Positions 11,339 through 20,791 of a DNA stretch of 64,000 nt are shown piece after piece. The position numbers and the translations under genes are program-made. This stretch comes from an uncultured delta proteobacterium (lineage in GTDB: Bacteria; Desulfobacterota; Syntrophia; Syntrophales; UBA2185). The number at the start of each line of letters is the position of its first letter. Within the stretch, counting starts at the first letter, position 1. The notes under the pieces were generated by a model. The model made no database searches. It saw nothing but the letters and a program-made list of their open reading frames with translations, and was not told the origin of the DNA. The stretch lies in contig CAVSPA010000007.1 in the NCBI GenBank assembly GCA_963729715.1, positions 320,001 through 384,000 on the forward strand. Reading direction: 5' to 3'.

Positions 11339-11534
11339 CGAAGTAACAAAAATGATGATTACGCCGGTATTTTTCCATAAGCAAGACGAAGGTAAGAACG
11401 GCTTTAGAAAACAAGAGCTTCAAAGACATTAAGGTCCTGACATTATGCATACTGGCTTTTCTCGTTCTCGCAGAGGACTTTAATGTCATGACCTTTGTGG
11501 ATGCATGTTCTATTGCTCTGTAGAAATCCGCATC

Positions 11535-11650
11535 TGAATTCGGTAGCGAGCGCAAACACCTTCGCTTGCTGCGGGTAAGTGAGCGAATGACGAACGATAA
11601 TGTTCCTTAAGAATCGAAGATTCTCCGCAGCTTGCTGCAGAGAGCTTCAA
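11535..11650 (+). mobile_element. Dispersed double-hairpin repeat, copy 1 (IS200/IS605-derived PATE-like)
   Basis: Aligns by eye with 34110-34217, 43294-43410 and 40006-40053; ends in GAGAGCTTCAA. Confidence 0.75.
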
Positions 11651-12474
11651 TCAGAACCTCAGCGCCATTCCTGCGAGATAAGTAATATCTGCCTCGGCGT
11701 TGTTCAAACCTGCCTTGATGCCGAAATCGATATCCATATTCTCTCTTATGGAATAGATAAACCCGCCTAATATAAATGCCGGGTCAGTATCAGACAACTT
11801 GTCGGTATTTCGCTCCGCGCCGATGTTGGCAACCAACTTCAAATTTTTCATAACTTTATATTCGCCGGCCAGAGACGCATGCCAGATATCTTCTCTCTCA
11901 TCTATATTATTTTCATTTCTCTTATAGCCAAGATTCCGGTGAAACGCACACGGGTCTATTTCCTTTGTGGCAATGAAATAAAGCGTGCCCGTCCCCCTTC
12001 CCGTCCCAAGATCCTTATCCTTGTCGCCCGCTGGGAGCGTTATCCCCGCTTGACAGCAAGGCTCAAGCCGTCTTTTTCGAAGAAACGCCACTTGATCTCC
12101 ATGGATACGTCCGCAACGCCACTTACGTCAGACACAGTCGCATCGCTTACTTCCGTCTTCTTCCACTGGTGGGGAATAGTCCAGATCACATCGATATTAT
12201 CAATAACGCCGTAGGTCAGTGCTGCCCTTAGCTCGGTTTCTCTCTCTTTTGCCGTCACATTGGCGCCGATCCCTTCTGCTGACTTTTCTGTTTCACTACC
12301 CATTTGACCATTCAGCTCGAAAAGATATTTCCCTTTCCCCTGTGTGCCTGCATCGTCGGTAATGAGGGGATGCGCCGCATGACTCAAAGTCGAAAAAGCG
12401 TGGGGCACAATTATAATGCAAAATATCACTCTTATGCTTTTCATAACGAAATGGATGGTATTAGAAATTATCAT
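11651..12474 (-). pseudogene. Putative outer-membrane beta-barrel 'transporter' family protein, split by a 1-nt frameshift near 12045
   Basis: ORF 12040-12474 (signal peptide, AHPLITDDAGTQG) continues in ORF 11651-12091 (GITLPAGD...C-terminal RF); the expected K-P-G-I reads aag cgg gga taa. Confidence 0.75.
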
Positions 12475-12562
12475 TAGTTAAATTTACTGAACTCTCCGTT
12501 AGAACCATATTCGTATATAGAGAAAACCTCCCATCAGCTAACGCAAGTGCAGAAGCAATATA

Positions 12563-13399
12563 TCAACTGTCCACATTATCGGCCTTCCTGTCGTGACGGT
12601 GAAACAGGTAATGAGAATGGATATGGATGTGGGCATGATTCCCGTGGTAATGAACATGCTCGTGGATGAGATTGACTCTCAACAATAGGTCCTCATCCTG
12701 CAATATCTCCTCGGCAGTCCCGATTTTTTCAACACGGTGATCTTCAGAAAGGACGGCAACACGGCATCTGAGCTCACTGATAAGAGACAAGTCGTGGGTG
12801 GCAATGACGAGGGTTTTTCCTGCGTCATTGAGGAGAATCATCAGTTCTATCAGGAAGCTTTTTGTTCTCGGATCGAGACCGTTCATCGGCTCATCGAGCA
12901 GGAGAAGACGGGGGTTCATGGTAAGAATAGAACCGATGGCGACCCTCTTTTTTTCACCTCCCGATAACATGTAGGGGGGCCGATCCTCAAGATGAGAAAT
13001 TTCTAACATTGCCATAATCTCGCTGACCCGCCCGGAAGCCTCCTCTTCGGAAAGACCTAACTGGAGCGGACCAAACATCAGTTCATCGAAAACGGTCGGG
13101 CAGAAAAGATGGACGTCAGAATCCTGAAAGACATAACCCACGCTGCTCCTGAAATATTTCAGAAATGTCCTGTCCCGGAGCGCACGCTCAGAAACTTCTT
13201 TTCCCTGGAAATACACCCTGCCCGAACGGGGATAAATCAGTCCGTTCATGACATGCAGGAGCGTCGACTTACCACACCCGTTAGAACCGATAACTGCAAA
13301 TATTTCACCTTCAGAAATACCCATGCTCACCCGTGATAAAGCGGGGATATTATCATGATAGGCATAGCTTACGTCGTCAATTTGGATAATATCTGCCAT
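12563..13399 (-). CDS. cbiO: ECF Ni/Co transporter ATPase (CbiO/NikO) with His-rich tail
   Basis: GSNGCGKST, LSGGEKKRVAI, LLLDEP; C-terminal HEHVHYHGNHAHIHIHSH. Confidence 0.92.
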   Translation of the reverse strand: MADIIQIDDVSYAYHDNIPALSRVSMGISEGEIFAVIGSNGCGKSTLLHVMNGLIYPRSGRVYFQGKEVSERALRDRTFLKYFRSSVGYVFQDSDVHLFCPTVFDELMFGPLQLGLSEEEASGRVSEIMAMLEISHLEDRPPYMLSGGEKKRVAIGSILTMNPRLLLLDEPMNGLDPRTKSFLIELMILLNDAGKTLVIATHDLSLISELRCRVAVLSEDHRVEKIGTAEEILQDEDLLLRVNLIHEHVHYHGNHAHIHIHSHYLFHRHDRKADNVDS

Positions 13400-13406
13400 C
13401 TTATTC

Positions 13407-14333
13407 TCACATCCATAAAAGGAAAATCCCGGCAAGCAGGAAGAAGCAGCCGGAAAGCCGATCCATCGCAGTCAGCTCGCCGATATCGGACAGCCTCACC
13501 TCTTGGGCAAAGCCTCTCGCTACCATTGCTCTGAATACTTCCTCATACCGGGACATGGACTTTCTGAACATATGTGCAATTCTCCCGGCCACCCAGATCC
13601 GCGCTTCGTCATCTCTTGCCATTCCTACAAGCCTGCTTTTTCTGGCAAGGTACATGCTCTCTACTGTTTTTGCGAAAATAAAAATGTACTTGTAAGAAAG
13701 AGTAATAACCAGGAGTAGAGCTTGGGGAACGCGGAAAACTTGCAGCGCCTTGATGATCCTGTGAAACGGCGTGGTATAGATCACTAAAAGAGAAACGGCA
13801 AGAGAGTTCATCATTCTCAGACAGAGCATCATCACGCAATCAAGCCCCTGCCTTGTGAGGCCTATCTCTTCGGGGATATGATAAATCGGGAATTCATATG
13901 GATGCGACAAATGGATGACAGGCATAATTAATTCTCCCGGCGTTACCACATTAAAGGCGGATGGGAAGACAACCAGAAATCCAAAAAGAAACGTCAAGCC
14001 GGCTATTTTTTTGTAGAATTGCGCGAGGTTTATCCGTGACGAGACGACGAGAAGGAAGGTAAACAGGGTGATTGCCGCCTCGGGTAATATATTCGTTTTC
14101 AGACTGACAATGACGACAAAGAAGATGAGAAAGAAAACCTTCACCCTCGGATCGAGCTTCTGAAAAAAACCTTTCCCTGACCCCTGACCCACGTTTAAAT
14201 AACCGGCCGTAATAATATCCGACAGATGTCCTATTCCCTTCTCTATATACGAAAGCCTTAGTGTGCCACTCTCGCCGGCATTATGTGCCTGCGCGGGTGT
14301 GCACAGAAGAAAGTCCGGAATCTTATTTCTCAT
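13407..14333 (-). CDS. cbiQ: ECF Ni/Co transporter T component (CbiQ/NikQ)
   Basis: LDPRVK, multiple TM segments, AMVARGF motif; operon context. Confidence 0.9.
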   Translation of the reverse strand: MRNKIPDFLLCTPAQAHNAGESGTLRLSYIEKGIGHLSDIITAGYLNVGQGSGKGFFQKLDPRVKVFFLIFFVVIVSLKTNILPEAAITLFTFLLVVSSRINLAQFYKKIAGLTFLFGFLVVFPSAFNVVTPGELIMPVIHLSHPYEFPIYHIPEEIGLTRQGLDCVMMLCLRMMNSLAVSLLVIYTTPFHRIIKALQVFRVPQALLLVITLSYKYIFIFAKTVESMYLARKSRLVGMARDDEARIWVAGRIAHMFRKSMSRYEEVFRAMVARGFAQEVRLSDIGELTAMDRLSGCFFLLAGIFLLWM

Positions 14334-14658
14334 GTTTGAAAAGCAGTCTCGATATTATTAGGACTATGACCCACGCAAGGACGATTCCTATAAGAGCGGA
14401 CACAATATAGGAAACAATCCTTGTTGAGATCAGTGAAACTTCTCCACCGAAGTTATAATTCCGTATGGGGGCCGCCCAGATGTCTGCGGTCTTCTTTAAA
14501 CCGCTGGGAACATAGCCCAGAAGCTTTTCGAGGGTATCTGCGCTCCACTCTCCCCAGGCTCCTTCAGCATCGAATTTTCCCGGCAGGATAATTCCGAGGG
14601 GAGACAAGAGGGCCATCACGAAAAGCCACAGCCATAGTCTTTTCTCAAGCCGCTTCAC
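14323..14658 (-). CDS. PDGLE-type auxiliary membrane subunit (NikN/CbiN-like)
   Basis: LSPLGII...AWGEW...AP..Y, two TM segments; lies between the M and Q genes. Confidence 0.8.
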   Translation of the reverse strand: MKRLEKRLWLWLFVMALLSPLGIILPGKFDAEGAWGEWSADTLEKLLGYVPSGLKKTADIWAAPIRNYNFGGEVSLISTRIVSYIVSALIGIVLAWVIVLIISRLLFKHEK

Positions 14659-15340
14659 GGGAAGCCTCTCTCATTGCATAAATGAGTGTCGACTCATTAT
14701 TCAGAAAATATTTTAAAAGCGCAACCGTAATGACGCCTTCGACGATGCTGAAAAGGAACAGATGTTCAATAGCCATGGCAGGAATGGCAATGGAAAGGGG
14801 ATACGGTGCATACAGCGGCACGCCGTCAGGACCGGAAGCAATGACAGGCTGGATGCCGAGCATGATAGCGGCCGAGACGGCGGCGGCGGTAAGTCCAAGA
14901 TAACCTGAAAGAAAAGCCGCTGCGAGGACCCTTACTCTGTTCTGCGATAAGCCTTTGATCAAATTGAATGTCCAGTAGGCAACGAAAGGCATGACTATAG
15001 CCATATTAAAACAGTTGGCGCCTATGGCTGTGATGCCGCCATCGCCGAAGACAAACGCCTGTATAATCAAGACGACGGAGACGGCAATGACCGCCGTCCA
15101 GGGCCCCAGGAGCAGGGCGATGATACCCGCCCCGACAGCATGCCCCGATGTCCCCCCGGGGACAGGAATATTGAACATCTGAACGAGAAAGGAGAATGCG
15201 GCAGCCATGGCCAGGTAAGGAACATGTTTGGCGGAGAGCTCATTCTTAATCTTTTTCAGGGCTATTCCCCAGACTGCTATTGACGCACCATAAAGGGGAA
15301 TATATGTCTGGGGACTGAGATAACCATCGGGAATATGCAT
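14645..15340 (-). CDS. cbiM: ECF Ni/Co transporter S component (CbiM/NikM)
   Basis: N-terminal MHIPDGYL metal-binding motif, GTSGHAVG, GDGGITAIGAN. Confidence 0.93.
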   Translation of the reverse strand: MHIPDGYLSPQTYIPLYGASIAVWGIALKKIKNELSAKHVPYLAMAAAFSFLVQMFNIPVPGGTSGHAVGAGIIALLLGPWTAVIAVSVVLIIQAFVFGDGGITAIGANCFNMAIVMPFVAYWTFNLIKGLSQNRVRVLAAAFLSGYLGLTAAAVSAAIMLGIQPVIASGPDGVPLYAPYPLSIAIPAMAIEHLFLFSIVEGVITVALLKYFLNNESTLIYAMREASREAA

Positions 15341-15542
15341 ACCAACCACCAAAGCGTGATTGTGCTATGAACCTATATTTCGTGCCACGCATGCACAAAA
15401 AAAATAATACCGACTGCCTTATAGCGATCTCCCGGAACCTGATATGGAGAACGACACTTTCCGTACGACTATGGCCAATTTATTGAGTAAAGACTTTTGC
15501 AACGGCGCGGCGAATATTAATAACTCTGACGCCGATTCTATC

Positions 15543-15569
15543 GTGCTATTTTTTCGTATTTTGTAGCAC
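15543..15569. promoter_or_regulatory. Putative NikR operator overlapping a minus-strand sigma70 promoter
   Basis: Perfect GTGCTA-N15-TAGCAC; TTGACA (15588-15583) N17 TACAAA on the minus strand overlaps it; weaker copy GTGCTA-N15-TGCCAC at 15362-15388. Confidence 0.7.
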
Positions 15570-15676
15570 AGCGCGATGCGGCTGTCAAGAGAAAAATTGG
15601 ACAACGCGAGGGCACTGAGAAGGCCGACTCTTGCCATGCCCGTCCATGCATGGGCATATGGGGGCAGCAACGGGGA

Positions 15677-16333
15677 TCAATCGATGATAATTTTGCAGAA
15701 GCGCTCCGATATGTATTTCAGCTTTTCCAGCTCCTTTACGAGATCTTCCAGCGGGGGTCTCTTGTTAATATCGTGAACGTCTATATAACGTATGATTCCT
15801 TTCTTATCGATGACGATCATCGTTCGCTCCGCTACCCCGTCGGCGCGAAAAACTCCATACATGGATGCAACCTTTCCATGCGGCCAGAAATCGGAGAGCA
15901 CCGGAAACCACAAATCGCCCATCTGTTTCGTCCAGGAAAACAAGGTAGGAATGTTATCCACAGAGATGCCGAGCAGTATGGCATCATGTTTATCAAATAT
16001 GTCTTTCACTATGTTGTAACCCGGCCATTGGTCTGAGCAGACGGGAGTCCATGCTGCTGGTACAAATGAGATGACAACATTCTTCTTGCCCCGGTACTGT
16101 CTCAGGGACACCGTCTCCCCTGATACGGCTTTCAGTATAAAATTAGGGGCTCTGTCTCCTGCCTTCAGCTTCAAGACGCTGTCCGTAGGCTTGAGGAGAC
16201 CGGGGTTGTAGATATTATTCTTAACCGCATCAGAAATACCGAATGCCGCCTGAGACGCCGGAGAATAAATGAAAATCACAAGACCCATCCCTGTTAGTAA
16301 GACAAAGAAAAAATATCGGCCGTATTTTTTCAT
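15677..16333 (-). CDS. Exported peroxiredoxin (AhpC/TSA, AhpE-like)
   Basis: Signal peptide, PAAWTPVC peroxidatic motif, LSDFWPHG.VA..YG, ER. Confidence 0.85.
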   Translation of the reverse strand: MKKYGRYFFFVLLTGMGLVIFIYSPASQAAFGISDAVKNNIYNPGLLKPTDSVLKLKAGDRAPNFILKAVSGETVSLRQYRGKKNVVISFVPAAWTPVCSDQWPGYNIVKDIFDKHDAILLGISVDNIPTLFSWTKQMGDLWFPVLSDFWPHGKVASMYGVFRADGVAERTMIVIDKKGIIRYIDVHDINKRPPLEDLVKELEKLKYISERFCKIIID

Positions 16334-16343
16334 ATCAACCCTC

Positions 16344-16904
16344 CTATTGTAAGTCGGACAATTTAATCAACGTGGAGAGAAAATCATCAACTCCGCCAAT
16401 GGCACCGAGTTTGGAATAAATAACCCTATTGGTGCCATCAGGATTTATTTTCACTGCAATAAAGTACGGCGTCCTCACTTCCCCTACCAACCCATGGATA
16501 ACGAATTTTTCATCGGTAAAAAGAGGGAATGGCACATTGTATTTCTTACTGAAGATTCCGACTTCAAAGGGTGTATTGCCGGCGCCAATGCCAATAACCT
16601 TGACAACATCCTTAAGAGCGGGATTATGGTCAATCTTGGCATACAGTTTATTTACATTGGGTGCTTCCCTCTGGCAATAGGGGCAGTACATGTTGAAAAT
16701 CTCGATAACAACCACCTTCGCTCTTATCTGGGGTATCTTGAATGAACCAAAACCGGAAAGGCCAAGATAATTCTTGTCTGCAGAATCTCTCGGTGCGGAA
16801 AGCGTTATGTCCGGCAATGTTCCGCCCACCGCCGGCGGAGAACTTGCCGCTATTGCGGCACTTGCTGCCCAAAGAAGAGTCGCTATAACTGCAAGCCCGC
16901 ACAC
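16344..16904 (-). CDS. Exported TlpA-like thioredoxin-fold protein (true start probably at 16921 with a frameshift)
   Basis: YCPYC motif, TPYFI; GGAGG RBS plus ATGATG at 16921 is out of frame by 1 nt. Confidence 0.8.
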   Translation of the reverse strand: MCGLAVIATLLWAASAAIAASSPPAVGGTLPDITLSAPRDSADKNYLGLSGFGSFKIPQIRAKVVVIEIFNMYCPYCQREAPNVNKLYAKIDHNPALKDVVKVIGIGAGNTPFEVGIFSKKYNVPFPLFTDEKFVIHGLVGEVRTPYFIAVKINPDGTNRVIYSKLGAIGGVDDFLSTLIKLSDLQ

Positions 16905-17098
16905 TGTGCTTTTTTCATCATATTTCCTCCGTCTTTCCCTTAGTGGCCAGTCCCAGTCTATTCATATAAAACTACTTCACCCATGCACATGTGTCAAAAA
17001 AAAGTTACCGCTGGAATGTCAACGTGTTGACAACCTATCACCTAAGATGATAAATAATACATTCCATGCTGAACTGACTATTACTACGGCGGCAGGTT

Positions 17099-17917
17099 AT
17101 GACAGAGCTTTCATCAAAACTGAAATCGCTGGAAAAGATACTGACTGATATGGGGAGTGTCCTCATCGCCTATTCCGGGGGCACGGACAGCACCTTCCTG
17201 CTCAAGGTTGCGGCAAACGTCTTGGGTGACAAGGCCGTAGCAGTCACTGCGAGTTCGGAAACATACACGCCACAGGAACTCCGGGAAGCCAAGAAGAACG
17301 CGGAAATAATCGGCGCACAGCACATTGTAGTATACACAAATGAACTGGACGACCCGAATTTCTCGTCCAATCCCCCGGATAGATGCTACCATTGCAAGAA
17401 GGAGCTTTTCACCAAGCTTACCGAACTGGCAAAGCGGCACCGTCTCAACACTATTATAGATGGTTCAACGTGTGATGATGAAATGGATTTCCGTCCGGGA
17501 ATGAGAGCGGTCGCGGAGTTCGACGTCAAAAGCCCTCTTAAGGATGCGGGTTTCACAAAAGATAACATCAGAAAACTGTCGAAAGAGATGAATCTCCCTA
17601 CGTGGGATAAGCCGCCACTGCCCTGTCTATCAACGAGATTTCCATACGGCACGCAAATCACGAAAGAGAAGGTACTGCGCGTCGGTCGTGCAGAAGAGTT
17701 TCTGGCAGGTTTCGGAATCCGCCAATTGAGGGTCAGGGACCATGGTGATGTTGCCAGGATAGAGGTGCTCCGCGCGGACATGCCCATATTTATCGATGAG
17801 GGGATATCAAAACTGATTGCGGAAAAATTCAAACTCCTGGGATATGCATATGTCGCTCTGGATGTTCAGGGTTACAGGATGGGCAGCATGAATGAACCCT
17901 TGAAGGACGAGGAATAG
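17099..17917 (+). CDS. larE: ATP-dependent sulfur transferase LarE
   Basis: PP-loop SGGTDS, RCYHCK, D.RPG..A, PCLSTRFPYG, RVRDHG. Confidence 0.93.
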   Translation: MTELSSKLKSLEKILTDMGSVLIAYSGGTDSTFLLKVAANVLGDKAVAVTASSETYTPQELREAKKNAEIIGAQHIVVYTNELDDPNFSSNPPDRCYHCKKELFTKLTELAKRHRLNTIIDGSTCDDEMDFRPGMRAVAEFDVKSPLKDAGFTKDNIRKLSKEMNLPTWDKPPLPCLSTRFPYGTQITKEKVLRVGRAEEFLAGFGIRQLRVRDHGDVARIEVLRADMPIFIDEGISKLIAEKFKLLGYAYVALDVQGYRMGSMNEPLKDEE

Positions 17918-17919
17918 AG

Positions 17920-18678
17920 ATGGATAGAGAAAAGATCAGGAAACTTTTGGAAAACGTTAGAACCGGAAAAACGGGGATCGATGATGCACTGAGGGCCTTA
18001 AAATCTTTTCCCTACCAGGATTTGGGCGACGCCAAGATCGATACACACAGGGATTTGCGGAGAGGTTTTCCGGAAGTGATACTGTGCCGGGGAAAAACTA
18101 TCGAACAAATCACGAGAATTGTAGAGAGCCTCTCAGTGGAGACGAAATTCATTATGGCAACAAAGGCCGACAAGGTGGTCTTCAAAGCCATCAGGAAAAT
18201 AAGAAAAGATGCCGTCTACTACGAAGCGGCCAAAATCGTCATGGCGGGAAAGAAAAGGAAGATGAAATCTGCCAAGTCGATCCTTGTAGTCACTGCGGGA
18301 ACATCCGATGTGCCTATCGCGGAGGAGGCGGCGATTACGGCAGAGATCATGGGAAATGCCGTCGAAAGGATCTACGACATCGGTGTCGCCGGAGTGCACA
18401 GACTTTTCGACAGCAAGGAAAAGCTGTTCAACGCCAATGTCATAATAGTGGTGGCCGGCATGGAAGGGGCCCTGGCAAGCATAATTGGCGGACTTGTCGA
18501 CAGCCCTGTGATTTCCGTCCCAACCAGCGTGGGCTACGGCGCAAGTTTCGAAGGCCTGGCGGCGTTGCTGTCCATGCTGAACTGTTGTTCACCAGGCTCG
18601 GTAACTGTAAACATTGATAACGGATTTGGGGCTGGATACTTTGCAAGTCTCATAAACCATATGGGTGAGGAAAAATGA
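17920..18678 (+). CDS. larB: Nickel-pincer cofactor biosynthesis protein LarB
   Basis: R.LRRGFPEVI, AGTSD.P.AEEA, AGMEGAL, PTSVGYG, VNIDNGFGA. Confidence 0.95.
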   Translation: MDREKIRKLLENVRTGKTGIDDALRALKSFPYQDLGDAKIDTHRDLRRGFPEVILCRGKTIEQITRIVESLSVETKFIMATKADKVVFKAIRKIRKDAVYYEAAKIVMAGKKRKMKSAKSILVVTAGTSDVPIAEEAAITAEIMGNAVERIYDIGVAGVHRLFDSKEKLFNANVIIVVAGMEGALASIIGGLVDSPVISVPTSVGYGASFEGLAALLSMLNCCSPGSVTVNIDNGFGAGYFASLINHMGEEK

Positions 18679-19844
18679 GGATAGCCTATTTCGACTGTTT
18701 CTCAGGCGTCAGCGGAGACATGGTACTGGGGGCGCTGATAGACGCGGGAGCTGATCTGCATAAGCTTGAATCGGAACTGAGCAAACTCAAGATATCCGGA
18801 TTCACGCTGAAGGCCGAAAAAACAACCAGGAAAGGGATCTCAGGAACCAAATTCTTTATCAATGCAGATGACAACCACGCCGAGAGGCATCTTGCAGACA
18901 TCGAAAAGATCATGGATAAGAGTGATCTTGGCGATGAAATAAAGGCGAAAGCCAAGATAATCTTTCTCGACCTCGCAGAGGTCGAGGCGAAGATTCACAA
19001 CACCGATCCCGGACATGTTCATTTTCATGAGATCGGCGGAATGGATTCCATCATCGACATTGTTGGCTCTCTCATAGTCCTAAAGATGCTGGGCATCGAA
19101 GCCGTGTACGCCTCGAGAATACCGGTGGGGACAGGATTCGTTGAATGTGACCATGGTGTCCTGCCGCTTCCCGCACCCGCCACCCTCGAGCTGCTCAAGG
19201 GCATTCCCGTATATGCAAGCGGCATCGAGAAAGAACTTGTCACACCAACCGGGATTGCTATTCTCAAACACGTGGTGCAAAGCTTCGGCATCATCCCGGA
19301 GATGAGAATTGAACGCTTAGGTTATGGTGCCGGGAGCAGGGATTTGAAAATACCGAACCTGCTCCGGGTCTGGATAGGTGAGACCGAAGTAAAGCAGGAA
19401 TACGAGGGCGATGGGGTCATCCTTATAGAAACTAATATCGACAACATGAATCCGGAGATTCTCGGCTACGCCCTGGAAAGGCTCCTGGAAAGAGGCGCCC
19501 TTGATGTCTTCATGACTCCCATATTCATGAAAAAGAACAGGCCGGGGACGCTGCTCAGCATTTTGATTACACCGGATAAACTGGATGACGCCCTCTCCGT
19601 AGTCTTCGCGGAAACGACTTCCCTCGGGGTCAGATTCCAGCGTCTGGAAAGAAGAAAACTCCCGAGAGAGCTGATCACTGTGGAGACTTCATTTGGACCC
19701 GTAAGGGTAAAGGTCGGCAATACGGGTATGGTGAAAAGGATTATATCGCCGGAATACGAAGACTGCCGGGAAATCGCCGCAAGATTGGGCATCCCCCTGA
19801 GGAAGGTATATGAGGAAGCCCGGGCAGCCGCAGAAAAAATATGA
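18675..19844 (+). CDS. larC: Nickel insertion protein LarC
   Basis: YFDCFSG.SGDM, HFHE.G..DSI.D, PAPAT, TPTG, ETNID, MKKNRPG, PEYEDC. Confidence 0.95.
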   Translation: MRIAYFDCFSGVSGDMVLGALIDAGADLHKLESELSKLKISGFTLKAEKTTRKGISGTKFFINADDNHAERHLADIEKIMDKSDLGDEIKAKAKIIFLDLAEVEAKIHNTDPGHVHFHEIGGMDSIIDIVGSLIVLKMLGIEAVYASRIPVGTGFVECDHGVLPLPAPATLELLKGIPVYASGIEKELVTPTGIAILKHVVQSFGIIPEMRIERLGYGAGSRDLKIPNLLRVWIGETEVKQEYEGDGVILIETNIDNMNPEILGYALERLLERGALDVFMTPIFMKKNRPGTLLSILITPDKLDDALSVVFAETTSLGVRFQRLERRKLPRELITVETSFGPVRVKVGNTGMVKRIISPEYEDCREIAARLGIPLRKVYEEARAAAEKI

Positions 19845-19957
19845 GCGGGCGAATCGTAGACACCCACCCGCCAGAGGCACCTATCCGTTCATCTGCGCAA
19901 GCAAAATTGCCTCGCCCGCGCCGAAGCCTGCTACGTAATGACTTGATACTGCAAGTG

Positions 19958-20746
19958 CTATTTCCCCTTTGATGCCTTCTCTTGTTTCTGCCCCACCGGA
20001 CAGGATTTCATACAGTTCCAGCAGAAATATTGGAAACCTATAAACCCGGCCTGATACATGCGCCAGAAATCCACGCCTTTAACCATTTTCTTCTTTTCCT
20101 CAGGTGTCGCATCAGCGAACTTTGACCAGAAGCGGATACTGTTGCCGATACCATAGGGCTGCGAGTTGCGGAGGCATTTTCCGACGTCTGTCCTGTTCTC
20201 TTCATTAAGGGCCCCGGCGGGACACTCTTCGACACAAATATCGCAGTGAACGCACAGCTCCTCCGTGTACGGGATGTCGGAAGGAATCTCTAAATCTGTC
20301 AGTATCGCCGTGAAGATCACGCGCGTACCGAGTTTAGGATGGATGACGAGGTTATGCCTGCCAAAGACCCCCAGGCCAGCCACAATCGCCGCATGCCTGA
20401 GCGAGACGTCGCCGATGGCGCCCATGGTTTCCATGCTCATTTCCAGGGGATAGGAAGCGGGAGCGGCCATCGCCGTCGCGCCGCATTCCCTCTCGAGAAA
20501 ACGGCCCATTCTATAGTTGCACGACCGTGAAAATTCCATCACATCCATTCTGCCGCTCATGGCCACCTGCATATTCGTGCTCTCGCAGCTTGACGGTTCC
20601 TTATAGGCCATGACAACGATGGATTTTACACCGGGAAAAATAGTGTCTAGTTTCGGCGAGCGGGGACTCTGATAATCGGCAGCCGCCGCAACTCCCACAT
20701 CGTCAACCCCAAGGCTTAATGCAAATTCCTTGATTCTTTTCTTCAT
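19958..20746 (-). CDS. QueG/reductive-dehalogenase-like cobalamin + 2x[4Fe-4S] protein
   Basis: SLRHAA..AGLG.FG, CVHCDICVEECPAGA, KC, CWNCMKSCP. Confidence 0.8.
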   Translation of the reverse strand: MKKRIKEFALSLGVDDVGVAAAADYQSPRSPKLDTIFPGVKSIVVMAYKEPSSCESTNMQVAMSGRMDVMEFSRSCNYRMGRFLERECGATAMAAPASYPLEMSMETMGAIGDVSLRHAAIVAGLGVFGRHNLVIHPKLGTRVIFTAILTDLEIPSDIPYTEELCVHCDICVEECPAGALNEENRTDVGKCLRNSQPYGIGNSIRFWSKFADATPEEKKKMVKGVDFWRMYQAGFIGFQYFCWNCMKSCPVGQKQEKASKGK

Positions 20747-20791
20747 ACTATTCCTCCTCTTTGTATATACACCTTTTTCTTCAAAAGAATT

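Noticed and set aside
15390..15540. NiCo or cobalamin riboswitch in the cbiM/nikM leader
   Set aside because: No B12 box or recognisable consensus seen; the palindromic operator explains regulation better. An Rfam scan would be decisive
15677..16904. Selenocysteine in the redoxins (common in this group)
   Set aside because: The active-site codons are Cys (TPVC uses TGC; CPYC); no in-frame TGA is needed
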